Assembly: GCA_944324135.1 (NCBI GenBank)
Contig: CALUVE010000001.1
Span: 35,241-99,240 of the forward strand
Reading direction: 5' to 3'
DNA from: Candidatus Gastranaerophilales bacterium
Lineage (GTDB): Bacteria > Cyanobacteriota > Vampirovibrionia > Gastranaerophilales > Gastranaerophilaceae
DNA: 64,000 nucleotides
The position numbers and the translations under genes were made by a program. The notes below the pieces were generated by a model, which was not told the DNA's origin, ran no database searches, and saw only the letters and a program-made list of their open reading frames with translations. Every line of letters starts with the position of its first letter. The first letter of the stretch is position 1. Positions 19,420-28,330 of this stretch are shown here, in pieces.

Positions 19420-20642
19420 GGCGGGTTGTAGTTACCGGAATGTCACTGGTGAGTTCTCTCGGCTTTAGCCCTGAGGCAGCTTTTGAACGGCTGCACAAAT
19501 ATGAAAACACTGTCAGATATATGGAAGAACTTGAGCAGTATGAACGGTTAAACACAAAACTTGCCGCTCCGATAGAGGATTTTAAAACCCCTGAACATTA
19601 TACAAGAAAAGTATTGCGAACAATGGGCAGAGTTTCCGTAATGAGTGTAGCCTGTACTGAAAAAGCTCTCGAACAGGCAGGACTTCTGGATGACCCGATA
19701 ATCCAAAACGGCAGAACAGGGGTAAGTTACGGTTCCTCTTCAGGAACAATGGAGGCTCTCATTGATTTTTATTCAATGCAGGTGGAAAAATCAGTCAAGG
19801 GGCTTACATCAGGCTCTTACGTAAAAATGATGGCACATACTGCTCCTGTAAATATTTCAATGTATTTTAAGACAACAGGACGTCTGATAACAACATCAAC
19901 AGCGTGTACCTCCGGTTCTCTGGGCGTCGGGAGCGCTTATGAGGCAATCCAAAACGGCTATGCGGATGTGATGATAGCCGGCGGTTCGGATGAACTCCAC
20001 CCGACACAGATAGCTATTTTTGATACACTTTATGCAACCAGTCAGAAGAATTCACATCCAGAGCTGACCCCGTCCCCTTTTGACGCGGAACGCGACGGAT
20101 TGGTAATCGGCGAGGGCGCCGGAACTATTATTCTTGAAGAATATGAACACGCCAAAAAACGCGGAGCTAATATAATTGCCGAGGTAATCGGATTTGGTAC
20201 AAATACTGACGGAAACCATATCACAACTCCGAACAGACCAACGGTGGCTAAAGTTATGGAATTATCTTTAAAAAGCGCAAATCTTTCGCCGGACAAAATA
20301 GGTTATGTGAACGCACACGGCACTGGTACAATTCAGGGCGATATGACCGAAAGCAACGCAACTTTTGATATATTTAAGCGAGCCGTCCCGATTAGTTCGC
20401 TCAAAAGCTACACCGGACACACCCTCGGAGCCTGCGGAGCTATTGAGGCAATTTTAACAATAGAAATGATGAATAAAAAATGGTTTGCCCCTACATTAAA
20501 TCTAAACAATGTGGACGAAAACTGTGCGCCGCTGGATTATATCAAACATGAGGGCAGAGAAATTAATACGAATTACGTAATGTCAAATAACTTTGCTTTT
20601 GGCGGAATAAATACCTCCCTCATTTTCACAAACCGGTTCTAA
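19416..20642 (+). CDS. Beta-ketoacyl-ACP synthase I/II-like (ApeR-like)
   Basis: STACTSGS active-site Cys, the His pair in HITTP and AHGTGT, GHTLGACG, and NNFAFGGINTS. Confidence 0.9.
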   Translation: MRRVVVTGMSLVSSLGFSPEAAFERLHKYENTVRYMEELEQYERLNTKLAAPIEDFKTPEHYTRKVLRTMGRVSVMSVACTEKALEQAGLLDDPIIQNGRTGVSYGSSSGTMEALIDFYSMQVEKSVKGLTSGSYVKMMAHTAPVNISMYFKTTGRLITTSTACTSGSLGVGSAYEAIQNGYADVMIAGGSDELHPTQIAIFDTLYATSQKNSHPELTPSPFDAERDGLVIGEGAGTIILEEYEHAKKRGANIIAEVIGFGTNTDGNHITTPNRPTVAKVMELSLKSANLSPDKIGYVNAHGTGTIQGDMTESNATFDIFKRAVPISSLKSYTGHTLGACGAIEAILTIEMMNKKWFAPTLNLNNVDENCAPLDYIKHEGREINTNYVMSNNFAFGGINTSLIFTNRF

Positions 20643-21273
20643 ACCGTGTCGGGCGGTAATAAATTTCTATTATTTCATCAGGCGGTATAGAGACATTCCC
20701 GCCGCGGATAAAAGTTGTGCCAATACCGGCCCCGAAAAACGGCATCAAAAAATAAGACAGAGGATAAACCCAGACAGAATGATTCTTTCCCTGACGGTTA
20801 ATCTCGCCGTCAAGAGTCTTTTCCGGCAAAGCTTCTGTAGTGAATCTGGAGATTACAAGATTTGCCGGCACACCATATCTGTCGTTCGGAGAAATATTTT
20901 CGACAACTGCACTGACTTCTGAATTTTTCTTTAATACAATTTTCCCGTTATAAACTATATTTTGTGCAACGACAAATTTAACCACATCACCGTCTTTCAG
21001 CCTGCTATGGGTGGAGATTTTCGTTTTCGGGCGGAGCCTGACCACAACGGCATCACTATCCGAGTAATCATAATTCAAATTCGGGACAGGTTTGCCAAAA
21101 TCTTTACCTTTCAATGTTTTTTCAACAAGTTTATCCCGATAGACTTTCTGTACATAAGGTGCGGGTTTCAGAGATTTGTCAAGAGTAGTTTCAACAAGCT
21201 CATCCCTGATTAATTCAGCGGCGCTTGCAGTAGAAAAAAGCATTATAAATATCAGAAAAATTCTAATAATCAT
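20626..21273 (-). CDS. Secreted hypothetical protein
   Basis: 215 aa with a signal peptide (MIIRIFLIFIMLFSTASA). No recognisable domain. Converges on the KS gene with a 17-nt overlap. Confidence 0.45.
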   Translation of the reverse strand: MIIRIFLIFIMLFSTASAAELIRDELVETTLDKSLKPAPYVQKVYRDKLVEKTLKGKDFGKPVPNLNYDYSDSDAVVVRLRPKTKISTHSRLKDGDVVKFVVAQNIVYNGKIVLKKNSEVSAVVENISPNDRYGVPANLVISRFTTEALPEKTLDGEINRQGKNHSVWVYPLSYFLMPFFGAGIGTTFIRGGNVSIPPDEIIEIYYRPTRFRTGL

Positions 21274-21964
21274 ATCTTATTTTCTTCTTTGAACCTGTTC
21301 TGACTTTATCTGCCAGTTTTTTACGATTGTGTTCGGAATTCAGCAGAAAATTCTGGTAGTAAACATCGTTCTGGTAAGGGTTATGAACAAGAAAAGCCGG
21401 ATATTTTGTATAAATATATTCATAAATCATAGCCATTCGTCTTGAGGTGAGGGGATGAGTACCAAGAACTTCATAACGATATTGCGGAAAAGCCTTGTTC
21501 ATAATAACAATAAGGGCAACCGGATTGTAACCGGCATTCACCATATAGTCAACAGCTCTTAAATCTGCCTTTCTCTCATACTTTCTCGGGATGAATATAT
21601 GCGGAACAAATTCCAGAGCACCTCTGAATATCCCGTTATAAGAATCAACCGCGTGAGAAATTTCATGCGCCAGAACAGCAGCAAGCTCATCTTCTGACGA
21701 CATATATTGAATCAGACCGTCATAGATGACAATGTTTCTGTTGATTAAACTTGTAGATGCGTTGACGGAATCTTTTGTAGAATAAGAAAATGTCATACGT
21801 TTGTCAATTTTGTTAGCATTGAGCAGCCTGAATCCAACCTCATAAATAGCCTCGTTGTTTTTCTTAATTTCTTTTGCCGTAAAAAGTCTGGAGGTAGCGC
21901 CAAATGCAGGTGAAAACGAAAAGAGAACAATACACGTAATAAGTAATGACAAAATTTTTCTCAT
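21263..21964 (-). CDS. M48-family zinc metallopeptidase, secreted
   Basis: Signal peptide, the HEISHAV (HExxH) zinc motif, and a downstream E. Confidence 0.75.
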   Translation of the reverse strand: MRKILSLLITCIVLFSFSPAFGATSRLFTAKEIKKNNEAIYEVGFRLLNANKIDKRMTFSYSTKDSVNASTSLINRNIVIYDGLIQYMSSEDELAAVLAHEISHAVDSYNGIFRGALEFVPHIFIPRKYERKADLRAVDYMVNAGYNPVALIVIMNKAFPQYRYEVLGTHPLTSRRMAMIYEYIYTKYPAFLVHNPYQNDVYYQNFLLNSEHNRKKLADKVRTGSKKKIRYDY

Positions 21965-22139
21965 AATATTAACCTCTTAATTCCAACGTAAAGAGTTTAT
22001 CACAGAACCTTTTCAGGAAAATTAATATTAAGAAAATTTTACATAACTACAGGCAGATAAATTCTCCGTCAACAGAGCCACTCTCACATCAGGCAGAAAA
22101 ATATTTCAAAAAGTCAGCCCGCTTTTGCGGACAAACATT

Positions 22140-22308
22140 GGGACTTATGTAGCAAATTCCACTAATAATAGCTAAAATTGTCACCCTGAACTTGTTTCAG
22201 GGTCTTGCCGGTGGTAAGATTCCGAAACACGGAGGTCAATCCGTCGTTCGGAATGACATTATGCTTATCTTTTAATAATATTGGGTGGAAACATATACAT
22301 AAGTCCCC
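22140..22308. mobile_element. MITE-like non-autonomous element (12-13-bp TIRs, flanking AAACAT(T) direct repeat, two internal hairpins)
   Basis: TIR-L is GGGACTTATGTA (22140-22151) and TIR-R is TACATAAGTCCC(C) (22296-22308). AAACATT occurs at 22133-22139 and again at 22309-22315. Internal hairpins lie at 22183-22203 and 22219-22254. No ORF. Confidence 0.5.
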
Positions 22309-22319
22309 AAACATTAAAC

Positions 22320-22348
22320 TTGAAACAAATCCTAAAATACTGTAAAAT
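22320..22348 (+). promoter_or_regulatory. Putative sigma70-type promoter of the gal operon
   Basis: TTGAAA (22320-22325), a 17-nt spacer, then TAAAAT (22343-22348), about 45 nt upstream of the galK ATG. Confidence 0.45.
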
Positions 22349-22393
22349 ATTTTCAGTGCAAATCCGTTTTAAACGAAAAAACTACGGGTAATT

Positions 22394-23680
22394 ATGATAA
22401 TAACGGAAGAATTTAAAAATAATTTGAATGAAAAAGTTTATGATGAACTTTTTTCCAGATTGTACTGCTGTCCTATTGATGAGCTGCAAGTTCACAAAAA
22501 CCGGTATCTGAATCTTATCGAAAATTTTGAAAAAATATTCGGCAAAAAAGAAGAAATTTCTGTTTTTAGTGCACCGGGAAGAACAGAAATCGGGGGTAAT
22601 CATACCGACCACCAGCACGGATGCGTACTTGCCGGCAGTGTCAATCTTGATATTATAGCAGCAGTATCACTTAATGGTCTTGACGAAATTCGTATCCAAT
22701 CCGAGGGGTATCCACTTGATATAATCAATTTAAAAGAAACCGTGCCCGCTGAAAGTGAATTTAATACGGCAAAAGCTTTGATTCGCGGGGTTTATGCAAA
22801 GTTCAAATCCATGGGGTATAACATAAAAGGTTTTGACGCGTACACCACCTCAAATGTCTTGAAAGGTTCCGGATTATCTTCATCAGCAGCTTTTGAAGTT
22901 TTAATAGGCTGCATTATGAACGGACTTTTTGCAGACAATCAGGTTGATGCTGTTGAAATTGCCAGAATCGGACAGTTTGCGGAAAATGTCTACTTTGGCA
23001 AACCGTCAGGACTTATGGATCAAATGGCATCTTCTGTCGGCGGTGCTATTGCTATTGATTTTCAGGACAGCGAAAAACCTGCCGTCAAAAAAATAAATTT
23101 TGATTTCGCAAAATCAGGACACGCTCTTTGTATCATTGATTCTGGTGCTGACCATTCTGATTTAACCTATGAATACGCGGCTATACCGTTTGATATGAAA
23201 GCCGTTGCAAAATATTTTGACAAAAATTATTTGTCAGAAGTAAGAAAAGAAGATTTTTTGAATAACATATCCGAAATTCGTAAGGTAACAGGGGACAGAG
23301 CTGTTTTAAGAGCTTTTCATTTCTTTAAAGAAAACGAACGAGCCAAACAGGAAACTCAATTGCTTGAAACCGCTGATTTTGATGAATTTTTAAAAATAGT
23401 GAAAGAATCAGGATATTCGTCCTATATGTATCTTCAGAATGTCTGCCCCAAAAACTCCTCAAAAGAACAAGCCGTTGGCTACACACTTGCAATGTGTGAC
23501 GAAATATTGCAGGGCAGAGGAGCTTTTAGAGTCCACGGCGGCGGATTTGCGGGCACTGTGCAGGCGTTTGTCCCGCTGGATATGCTGGAAGATTTCAAAA
23601 ATAAAATTGAACATACAGTCGGCAAAAATTGCTGTCTTACATTAAACATCAGACCGCTCGGCGGAGTGCAAATAATTTAA
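22394..23680 (+). CDS. galK: Galactokinase (GHMP kinase family, long form)
   Basis: PGRTEIGGNHTDHQHG (galactokinase signature region), the GHMP motif GSGLSSSAA, and operon context with galE and galT. Confidence 0.8.
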   Translation: MIITEEFKNNLNEKVYDELFSRLYCCPIDELQVHKNRYLNLIENFEKIFGKKEEISVFSAPGRTEIGGNHTDHQHGCVLAGSVNLDIIAAVSLNGLDEIRIQSEGYPLDIINLKETVPAESEFNTAKALIRGVYAKFKSMGYNIKGFDAYTTSNVLKGSGLSSSAAFEVLIGCIMNGLFADNQVDAVEIARIGQFAENVYFGKPSGLMDQMASSVGGAIAIDFQDSEKPAVKKINFDFAKSGHALCIIDSGADHSDLTYEYAAIPFDMKAVAKYFDKNYLSEVRKEDFLNNISEIRKVTGDRAVLRAFHFFKENERAKQETQLLETADFDEFLKIVKESGYSSYMYLQNVCPKNSSKEQAVGYTLAMCDEILQGRGAFRVHGGGFAGTVQAFVPLDMLEDFKNKIEHTVGKNCCLTLNIRPLGGVQII

Positions 23681-23696
23681 AAAGAAAGAGGAAAAC

Positions 23697-24686
23697 ATGA
23701 CAATACTTGTTTTAGGCGGAGCCGGATATATCGGTTCACACACCGTATATGAACTGATTGATAAAGGTGAAGATGTTGTTATCATTGATAACCTGCAAAC
23801 CGGTTATGAACAGGCACTCCACCCGAAAGCCCGATTTTATAAAGGTGATATAAGAGACAGAGAATTTCTTGACAGTGTTTTTGAAAAAGAAAAAATTGAT
23901 TCCGTAATCCATTTTGCAGCAAATTCACTGGTGGGTGAAAGTATGGAAAAACCACTCAAATATTACGATAACAATTTGTGCGGAACAAAAATTCTTTTAG
24001 ATTCAATGGTTGCACATGGGATAGATAAAATCGTATTTTCCTCTACTGCCGCCACATACGGCGAACCTGAAAGAATACCTATTCTTGAAACAGACCGAAC
24101 AGAACCGACAAATACCTATGGTGAAACAAAACTCTCTATGGAAAAAATGTTCAAATGGGTCGGGAAAGCACACGGCATAAGATATGTTTCTTTGAGATAT
24201 TTCAACGCCTGCGGCGCACACAAAAGCGGCAAAATCGGAGAAGCTCATAATCCTGAATCCCATCTGATTCCGTTAATTCTTCAGGTTCCGAACGGACAGA
24301 GAGAATTTATTTCGATTTTCGGAGATGATTATGACACAAAAGACGGAACCTGCATAAGAGATTATATCCACGTAACAGATTTGGCTGCAGCGCATATTCT
24401 TGCTGTAAGATATCTGGAGTTTGGGAATGAAAGTAGTATTTTTAACCTCGGCAACGGTGTCGGATTTACCGTAAAAGAAGTAATAGAATGTGCAAGAAAA
24501 GTAACAGGACATCCTATTCCTGCAAAAATTTCTCCGCGTCGTGCCGGCGACCCTGCCCAGCTGATTGCCTCCAGTGAAAAAGCAAAAAATAAACTCGGCT
24601 GGCATCCTGAACATGCCGATTTGGAAGAAATAATTTCTTCAGCCTGGAACTGGCATAAAAATCATCCTCAGGGGTTTAATTCATGA
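23697..24686 (+). CDS. galE: UDP-glucose 4-epimerase
   Basis: GGAGYIGSH Rossmann motif, the catalytic YGETK (YxxxK), and 329 aa length. Confidence 0.9.
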   Translation: MTILVLGGAGYIGSHTVYELIDKGEDVVIIDNLQTGYEQALHPKARFYKGDIRDREFLDSVFEKEKIDSVIHFAANSLVGESMEKPLKYYDNNLCGTKILLDSMVAHGIDKIVFSSTAATYGEPERIPILETDRTEPTNTYGETKLSMEKMFKWVGKAHGIRYVSLRYFNACGAHKSGKIGEAHNPESHLIPLILQVPNGQREFISIFGDDYDTKDGTCIRDYIHVTDLAAAHILAVRYLEFGNESSIFNLGNGVGFTVKEVIECARKVTGHPIPAKISPRRAGDPAQLIASSEKAKNKLGWHPEHADLEEIISSAWNWHKNHPQGFNS

Positions 24687-26173
24687 ATATTAATCTGGAA
24701 ATAAAAAAACTTGTCCGCTACGGTCTGGAAAATAATCTGATAGAAAAAGAAGATGAAATTTTTGCAAGAAATTGCATTTTAGAAACACTTTGCCTTGATG
24801 ATTATGAAGAAGTGCAGGATGAAATTTTTGAAATTAATCTTGAAGAAATTTTGAAAAATATTCTTGATTTCGCAGTTGAAAAAAAATTAATAGAAAATAC
24901 AATTGTTCATCGGGATCTGTTTGACACAAAATTGATGTCCTGCCTCACTCCGCGCCCGTCAGAAGTTGTTAAAATTTTTCAAAAAAAATATGAAAAATCA
25001 CCAGAAACAGCAACCGTGTGGTATTACAATTTTTCACAAAAAACAGATTACATCAGACGCTACAGAATTGAAAAAGATATTAAATGGACATGTGAAACAG
25101 AATATGGAGTTCTGGATTTGACAATTAATCTTTCAAAGCCGGAAAAAGACCCCAAAGCAATAGAACTTGCTAAAAAACTTCCGCAAAGCGCCTACCCAAA
25201 ATGCGCACTGTGTTATGAAAATGAGGGTTATGCTGGCAGACTGAATCATCCTGCCAGACAGAACCACAGAATTATTCCTGTTAATTTGCAAAATGAAGAA
25301 TGGGGTTTTCAATATTCACCGTATGTTTATTACAATGAACATTGTATTGTCTTTAACAAAAAACACACTCCTATGATAATTAATAAAAATACTTTTGAAA
25401 AATTATTTGATTTTTTAAAAATTTTTCCACATTATTTCATCGGCTCAAATGCAGATTTACCTATCGTAGGAGGTTCAATTTTGAGCCACGACCACTTTCA
25501 GGGGGGCAATTATGAATTTGCAATGGCGCGTGCGGAAATTGAAAAACATTTTACCGTATGTGGTTATGAAGAAGTAGAAACAGGGATTGTCAAATGGCCT
25601 ATGTCTGTAATCAGAATGCGTCATAGTGATGAAAAAATCCTTATAAATCTTGCTGATTTAATCCTTAATAAATGGAGAAGTTATACGGACAAAGACGCAT
25701 TTATTTTTGCGGAAACTGATGGCGAATTGCATAATACAATCACGCCGATTGCAAGAAGAAAAAATGATAAATTTGAACTTGATTTGGTTCTCAGAAATAA
25801 CATAACGACTGATGAACATCCTCTTGGAGTTTTTCATCCGCATTCAAACCTCCACCATATCAAAAAAGAAAATATCGGTCTTATAGAAGTAATGGGGCTT
25901 GCTGTTTTGCCTCCAAGATTAAAAAATGAAACAGAAGAATTAAAAAATTACATCCTGAATAATCTTGATATAAATTCTAACGAAAATATAAAAAAACACG
26001 CCAGCTGGATAGAAAATTTAAGAAGAAAATACAACTTTAATTCCGAAAATATTGATGAAATTTTCCGTTACGAAATCGGACAAATTTTTGTTGAAATTTT
26101 AAAAGATTCCGGAGTATTTAAGCGCAATTCAGACGGGCAAAAAGCATTTGAAAAATTTCTTTCCATACTATAA
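24683..26173 (+). CDS. galT: Galactose-1-phosphate uridylyltransferase, long (type 2) form
   Basis: About 496 aa with the LSHDHFQGG His-x-His active site. Has a 4-nt overlap with galE. Confidence 0.85.
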   Translation: MNINLEIKKLVRYGLENNLIEKEDEIFARNCILETLCLDDYEEVQDEIFEINLEEILKNILDFAVEKKLIENTIVHRDLFDTKLMSCLTPRPSEVVKIFQKKYEKSPETATVWYYNFSQKTDYIRRYRIEKDIKWTCETEYGVLDLTINLSKPEKDPKAIELAKKLPQSAYPKCALCYENEGYAGRLNHPARQNHRIIPVNLQNEEWGFQYSPYVYYNEHCIVFNKKHTPMIINKNTFEKLFDFLKIFPHYFIGSNADLPIVGGSILSHDHFQGGNYEFAMARAEIEKHFTVCGYEEVETGIVKWPMSVIRMRHSDEKILINLADLILNKWRSYTDKDAFIFAETDGELHNTITPIARRKNDKFELDLVLRNNITTDEHPLGVFHPHSNLHHIKKENIGLIEVMGLAVLPPRLKNETEELKNYILNNLDINSNENIKKHASWIENLRRKYNFNSENIDEIFRYEIGQIFVEILKDSGVFKRNSDGQKAFEKFLSIL

Positions 26174-26237
26174 AAATTTGACAAAAATTTTAAAAAATTG
26201 TAGTATAAAACTGCATAAAATAATCGGGATTTTTTAA

Positions 26238-27182
26238 ATGAATATTGTATTGTTGGAATCTTTATCAGTGAGTGATGAAGTTCTGCAAAAATATATAAAA
26301 ATTTTAGAAAAAAACGGACATAATTTTACGCATTATGAAAGAAATGATGACGTAAATTTGCAAATAGAACGTGCAAAAAATGCAGATATTTTAATGCTCG
26401 CAAACATGCCGCTGAAAGGTGAAGTAATCAGTGCATGCAAAAATTTAAAATACATCAATATTGCCTTTACAGGGGTCGATCATGTTGATGTAAAAACCGC
26501 TAAAGAAATGGGAATAAAACTGAGCAACGCTTCCGGATATTCAAACGATTCGGTTGCAGAATTAACGCTCTGTCTTATGCTTTCACTTTTGAGAAAAATC
26601 CCGCAGGTTGACGCCCGCACACGCGGGGGAAAAACAAAAGACGGACTTGTCGGAAATGAATTAAAAGGGAAAACAATAGGCATTGTCGGAACCGGTGCAA
26701 TCGGCATGGCTGTTGCAAAATTGTGCCATGCATTCGGCTGCAAAATTGTCGCATTCAACGGATTTTCTCACAAAGAAAATACTGATTTAATTACATATCT
26801 TCCTCTGAAAGAAATGCTCGAAATTTCTGACATCGTAACATTACATTGTCCGCTGACAGAAAAATCAAAAAATTTAATCAACAAAGAAGCATTATCTTAT
26901 ATGAAAAAGAGTGCAATTTTAATCAATGCGGCTCGCGGCGGAGTTGTAGATACAGAGGCGCTTGCAGACTGTTTAAATAACGGCAAAATTTCCGGCGCGG
27001 GAATTGATGTTTTTGAGACAGAACCTCCGCTTGATATAAACCATCCGTTATTAAAAACTCCAAACACAATTGTCACTCCGCATATTGCATTTGCAACAAA
27101 AGAATCAATGGAAAAACGGGCTGAAATTGTTTTTGAGAATTTAAATCAGTTTTTGGCAGGAAATCATGTCAATAAAGTTTAA
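26238..27182 (+). CDS. D-isomer-specific 2-hydroxyacid dehydrogenase (phosphoglycerate/glycerate dehydrogenase-like)
   Basis: GIVGTGAIGMAV NAD motif, the catalytic context ARGGVVD, and a ..PHIAF.. His. Confidence 0.85.
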   Translation: MNIVLLESLSVSDEVLQKYIKILEKNGHNFTHYERNDDVNLQIERAKNADILMLANMPLKGEVISACKNLKYINIAFTGVDHVDVKTAKEMGIKLSNASGYSNDSVAELTLCLMLSLLRKIPQVDARTRGGKTKDGLVGNELKGKTIGIVGTGAIGMAVAKLCHAFGCKIVAFNGFSHKENTDLITYLPLKEMLEISDIVTLHCPLTEKSKNLINKEALSYMKKSAILINAARGGVVDTEALADCLNNGKISGAGIDVFETEPPLDINHPLLKTPNTIVTPHIAFATKESMEKRAEIVFENLNQFLAGNHVNKV

Positions 27183-27288
27183 AAAATAACCTATATTTGG
27201 TGGATGTTTCAAAAAAAAATTATTATTAAAATTAACCTATCAAAAAATTTCGTGAAAAATTGGCAAGCAAGAAAAAAGGAGGCTTAAT

Positions 27289-27834
27289 ATGGCAGCAAAT
27301 AATTACGAAGAAATGATAAGAAATTACAATGGTGGTGATTTGGACTTATCAGGATGCACAATGAAAAGAGTAGAACTTGATCACGTTGACGGTAACTTGA
27401 ACTTGACAAAAGCTACTATCGACAGATTAGCAATCGGCTGGGTTAGCGGTGACTTGAACATGACTAACGCAACTATCAAAACTATTGAAAATCCGATTGA
27501 TGCAAAAAGTGTTAACATGACAGGTGCTGATGTTAAAAAATTACCTGCACACATCTGGACAGACAGCTTGACTGTTGAAAAAAGCTCTATCGTTAAATTC
27601 AACACAGATGTTCGCGCTAATGTTTTGAATATCAGAAGCACAAAAATCGAACAATTACCGAAAGATTTGAGAGTAAACACTCTTATCGTTGATACAAAAA
27701 CAGCAAAAACTCTTCCGCTCACAACATTGAGACAATGCGGTGAAATCGTTATGGACGATATGACTTACGGCGAAAGAAGAGTTGGTGCAGATTTTGAATT
27801 CTGCAGCGTAAGCACTGAATATGCAGCTGTATAG
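27289..27834 (+). CDS. Small cytoplasmic leucine-rich-repeat-like protein (hypothetical)
   Basis: 181 aa with about 20-23-aa repeats of the type G(D/N)L(N/D)(L/M)T.A.I..L and NVLNIRSTKIEQLPKDLRVNTLIVDTKTAKTLP. Strong RBS (AAAGGAGG) and a strong terminator. No signal peptide. Confidence 0.5.
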   Translation: MAANNYEEMIRNYNGGDLDLSGCTMKRVELDHVDGNLNLTKATIDRLAIGWVSGDLNMTNATIKTIENPIDAKSVNMTGADVKKLPAHIWTDSLTVEKSSIVKFNTDVRANVLNIRSTKIEQLPKDLRVNTLIVDTKTAKTLPLTTLRQCGEIVMDDMTYGERRVGADFEFCSVSTEYAAV

Positions 27835-27861
27835 TTTTTGTTAAAACTATTAATAAAAAAA

Positions 27862-27896
27862 AGAACCTTTGTCCGAGCGGCAAGGGTTCTTTTTTG
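27862..27896. terminator. Bidirectional intrinsic terminator between the LRR-like gene and trxA
   Basis: 10-bp stem AGAACCTTTG/CAAGGGTTCT (one G-U pair), preceded by an A-run and followed by TTTTTTGT. Confidence 0.7.
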
Positions 27897-27899
27897 TAC

Positions 27900-28205
27900 T
27901 TAAGAAAGATGTTCCATCAAATTTGTAAGCAGCTGTGACTTTTCATGATAACCGGAAAGTGCAGCAATTATTTTCCCCTCTTTGAATAACAAAAAAGCAG
28001 GAAATCCTGTTATGTTAAAACGCTCGGCAAGGTCGGGATTGGAATCGACATTTACCGTTCCTATCCAGATATTATTTGCAGAAAGTTCTTCAATAACAGG
28101 GCGCTGTTTTTTACAGTAACCGCACCATGAGGCATAAAATTCTATAAGTTTTAAACCTGTTTTTGTATTTTTGTCAAAATTTTTTTCATCAAGTTCAACA
28201 ATCAT
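27900..28205 (-). CDS. trxA: Thioredoxin
   Basis: 101 aa with the WCGYCK active site (CGYC variant of CGPC). Confidence 0.85.
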   Translation of the reverse strand: MIVELDEKNFDKNTKTGLKLIEFYASWCGYCKKQRPVIEELSANNIWIGTVNVDSNPDLAERFNITGFPAFLLFKEGKIIAALSGYHEKSQLLTNLMEHLS

Positions 28206-28330
28206 TTTTTTCTCCTTGTTTTTTGTTTTTATTTTAAAAAATTCTTAAAACAAATATATTACTCACTTTACCAAACCTGAATGTTTATATTATACTGGCG
28301 GTATAGAAGTTTATCAGGAGGTTAGAGAAT

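Noticed and set aside
22382-22618. A 78-aa minus-strand ORF overlaps the galK start.
   Set aside because: It is antisense to the well-supported galK 5' end and would run into the gal promoter. It is a shadow ORF.
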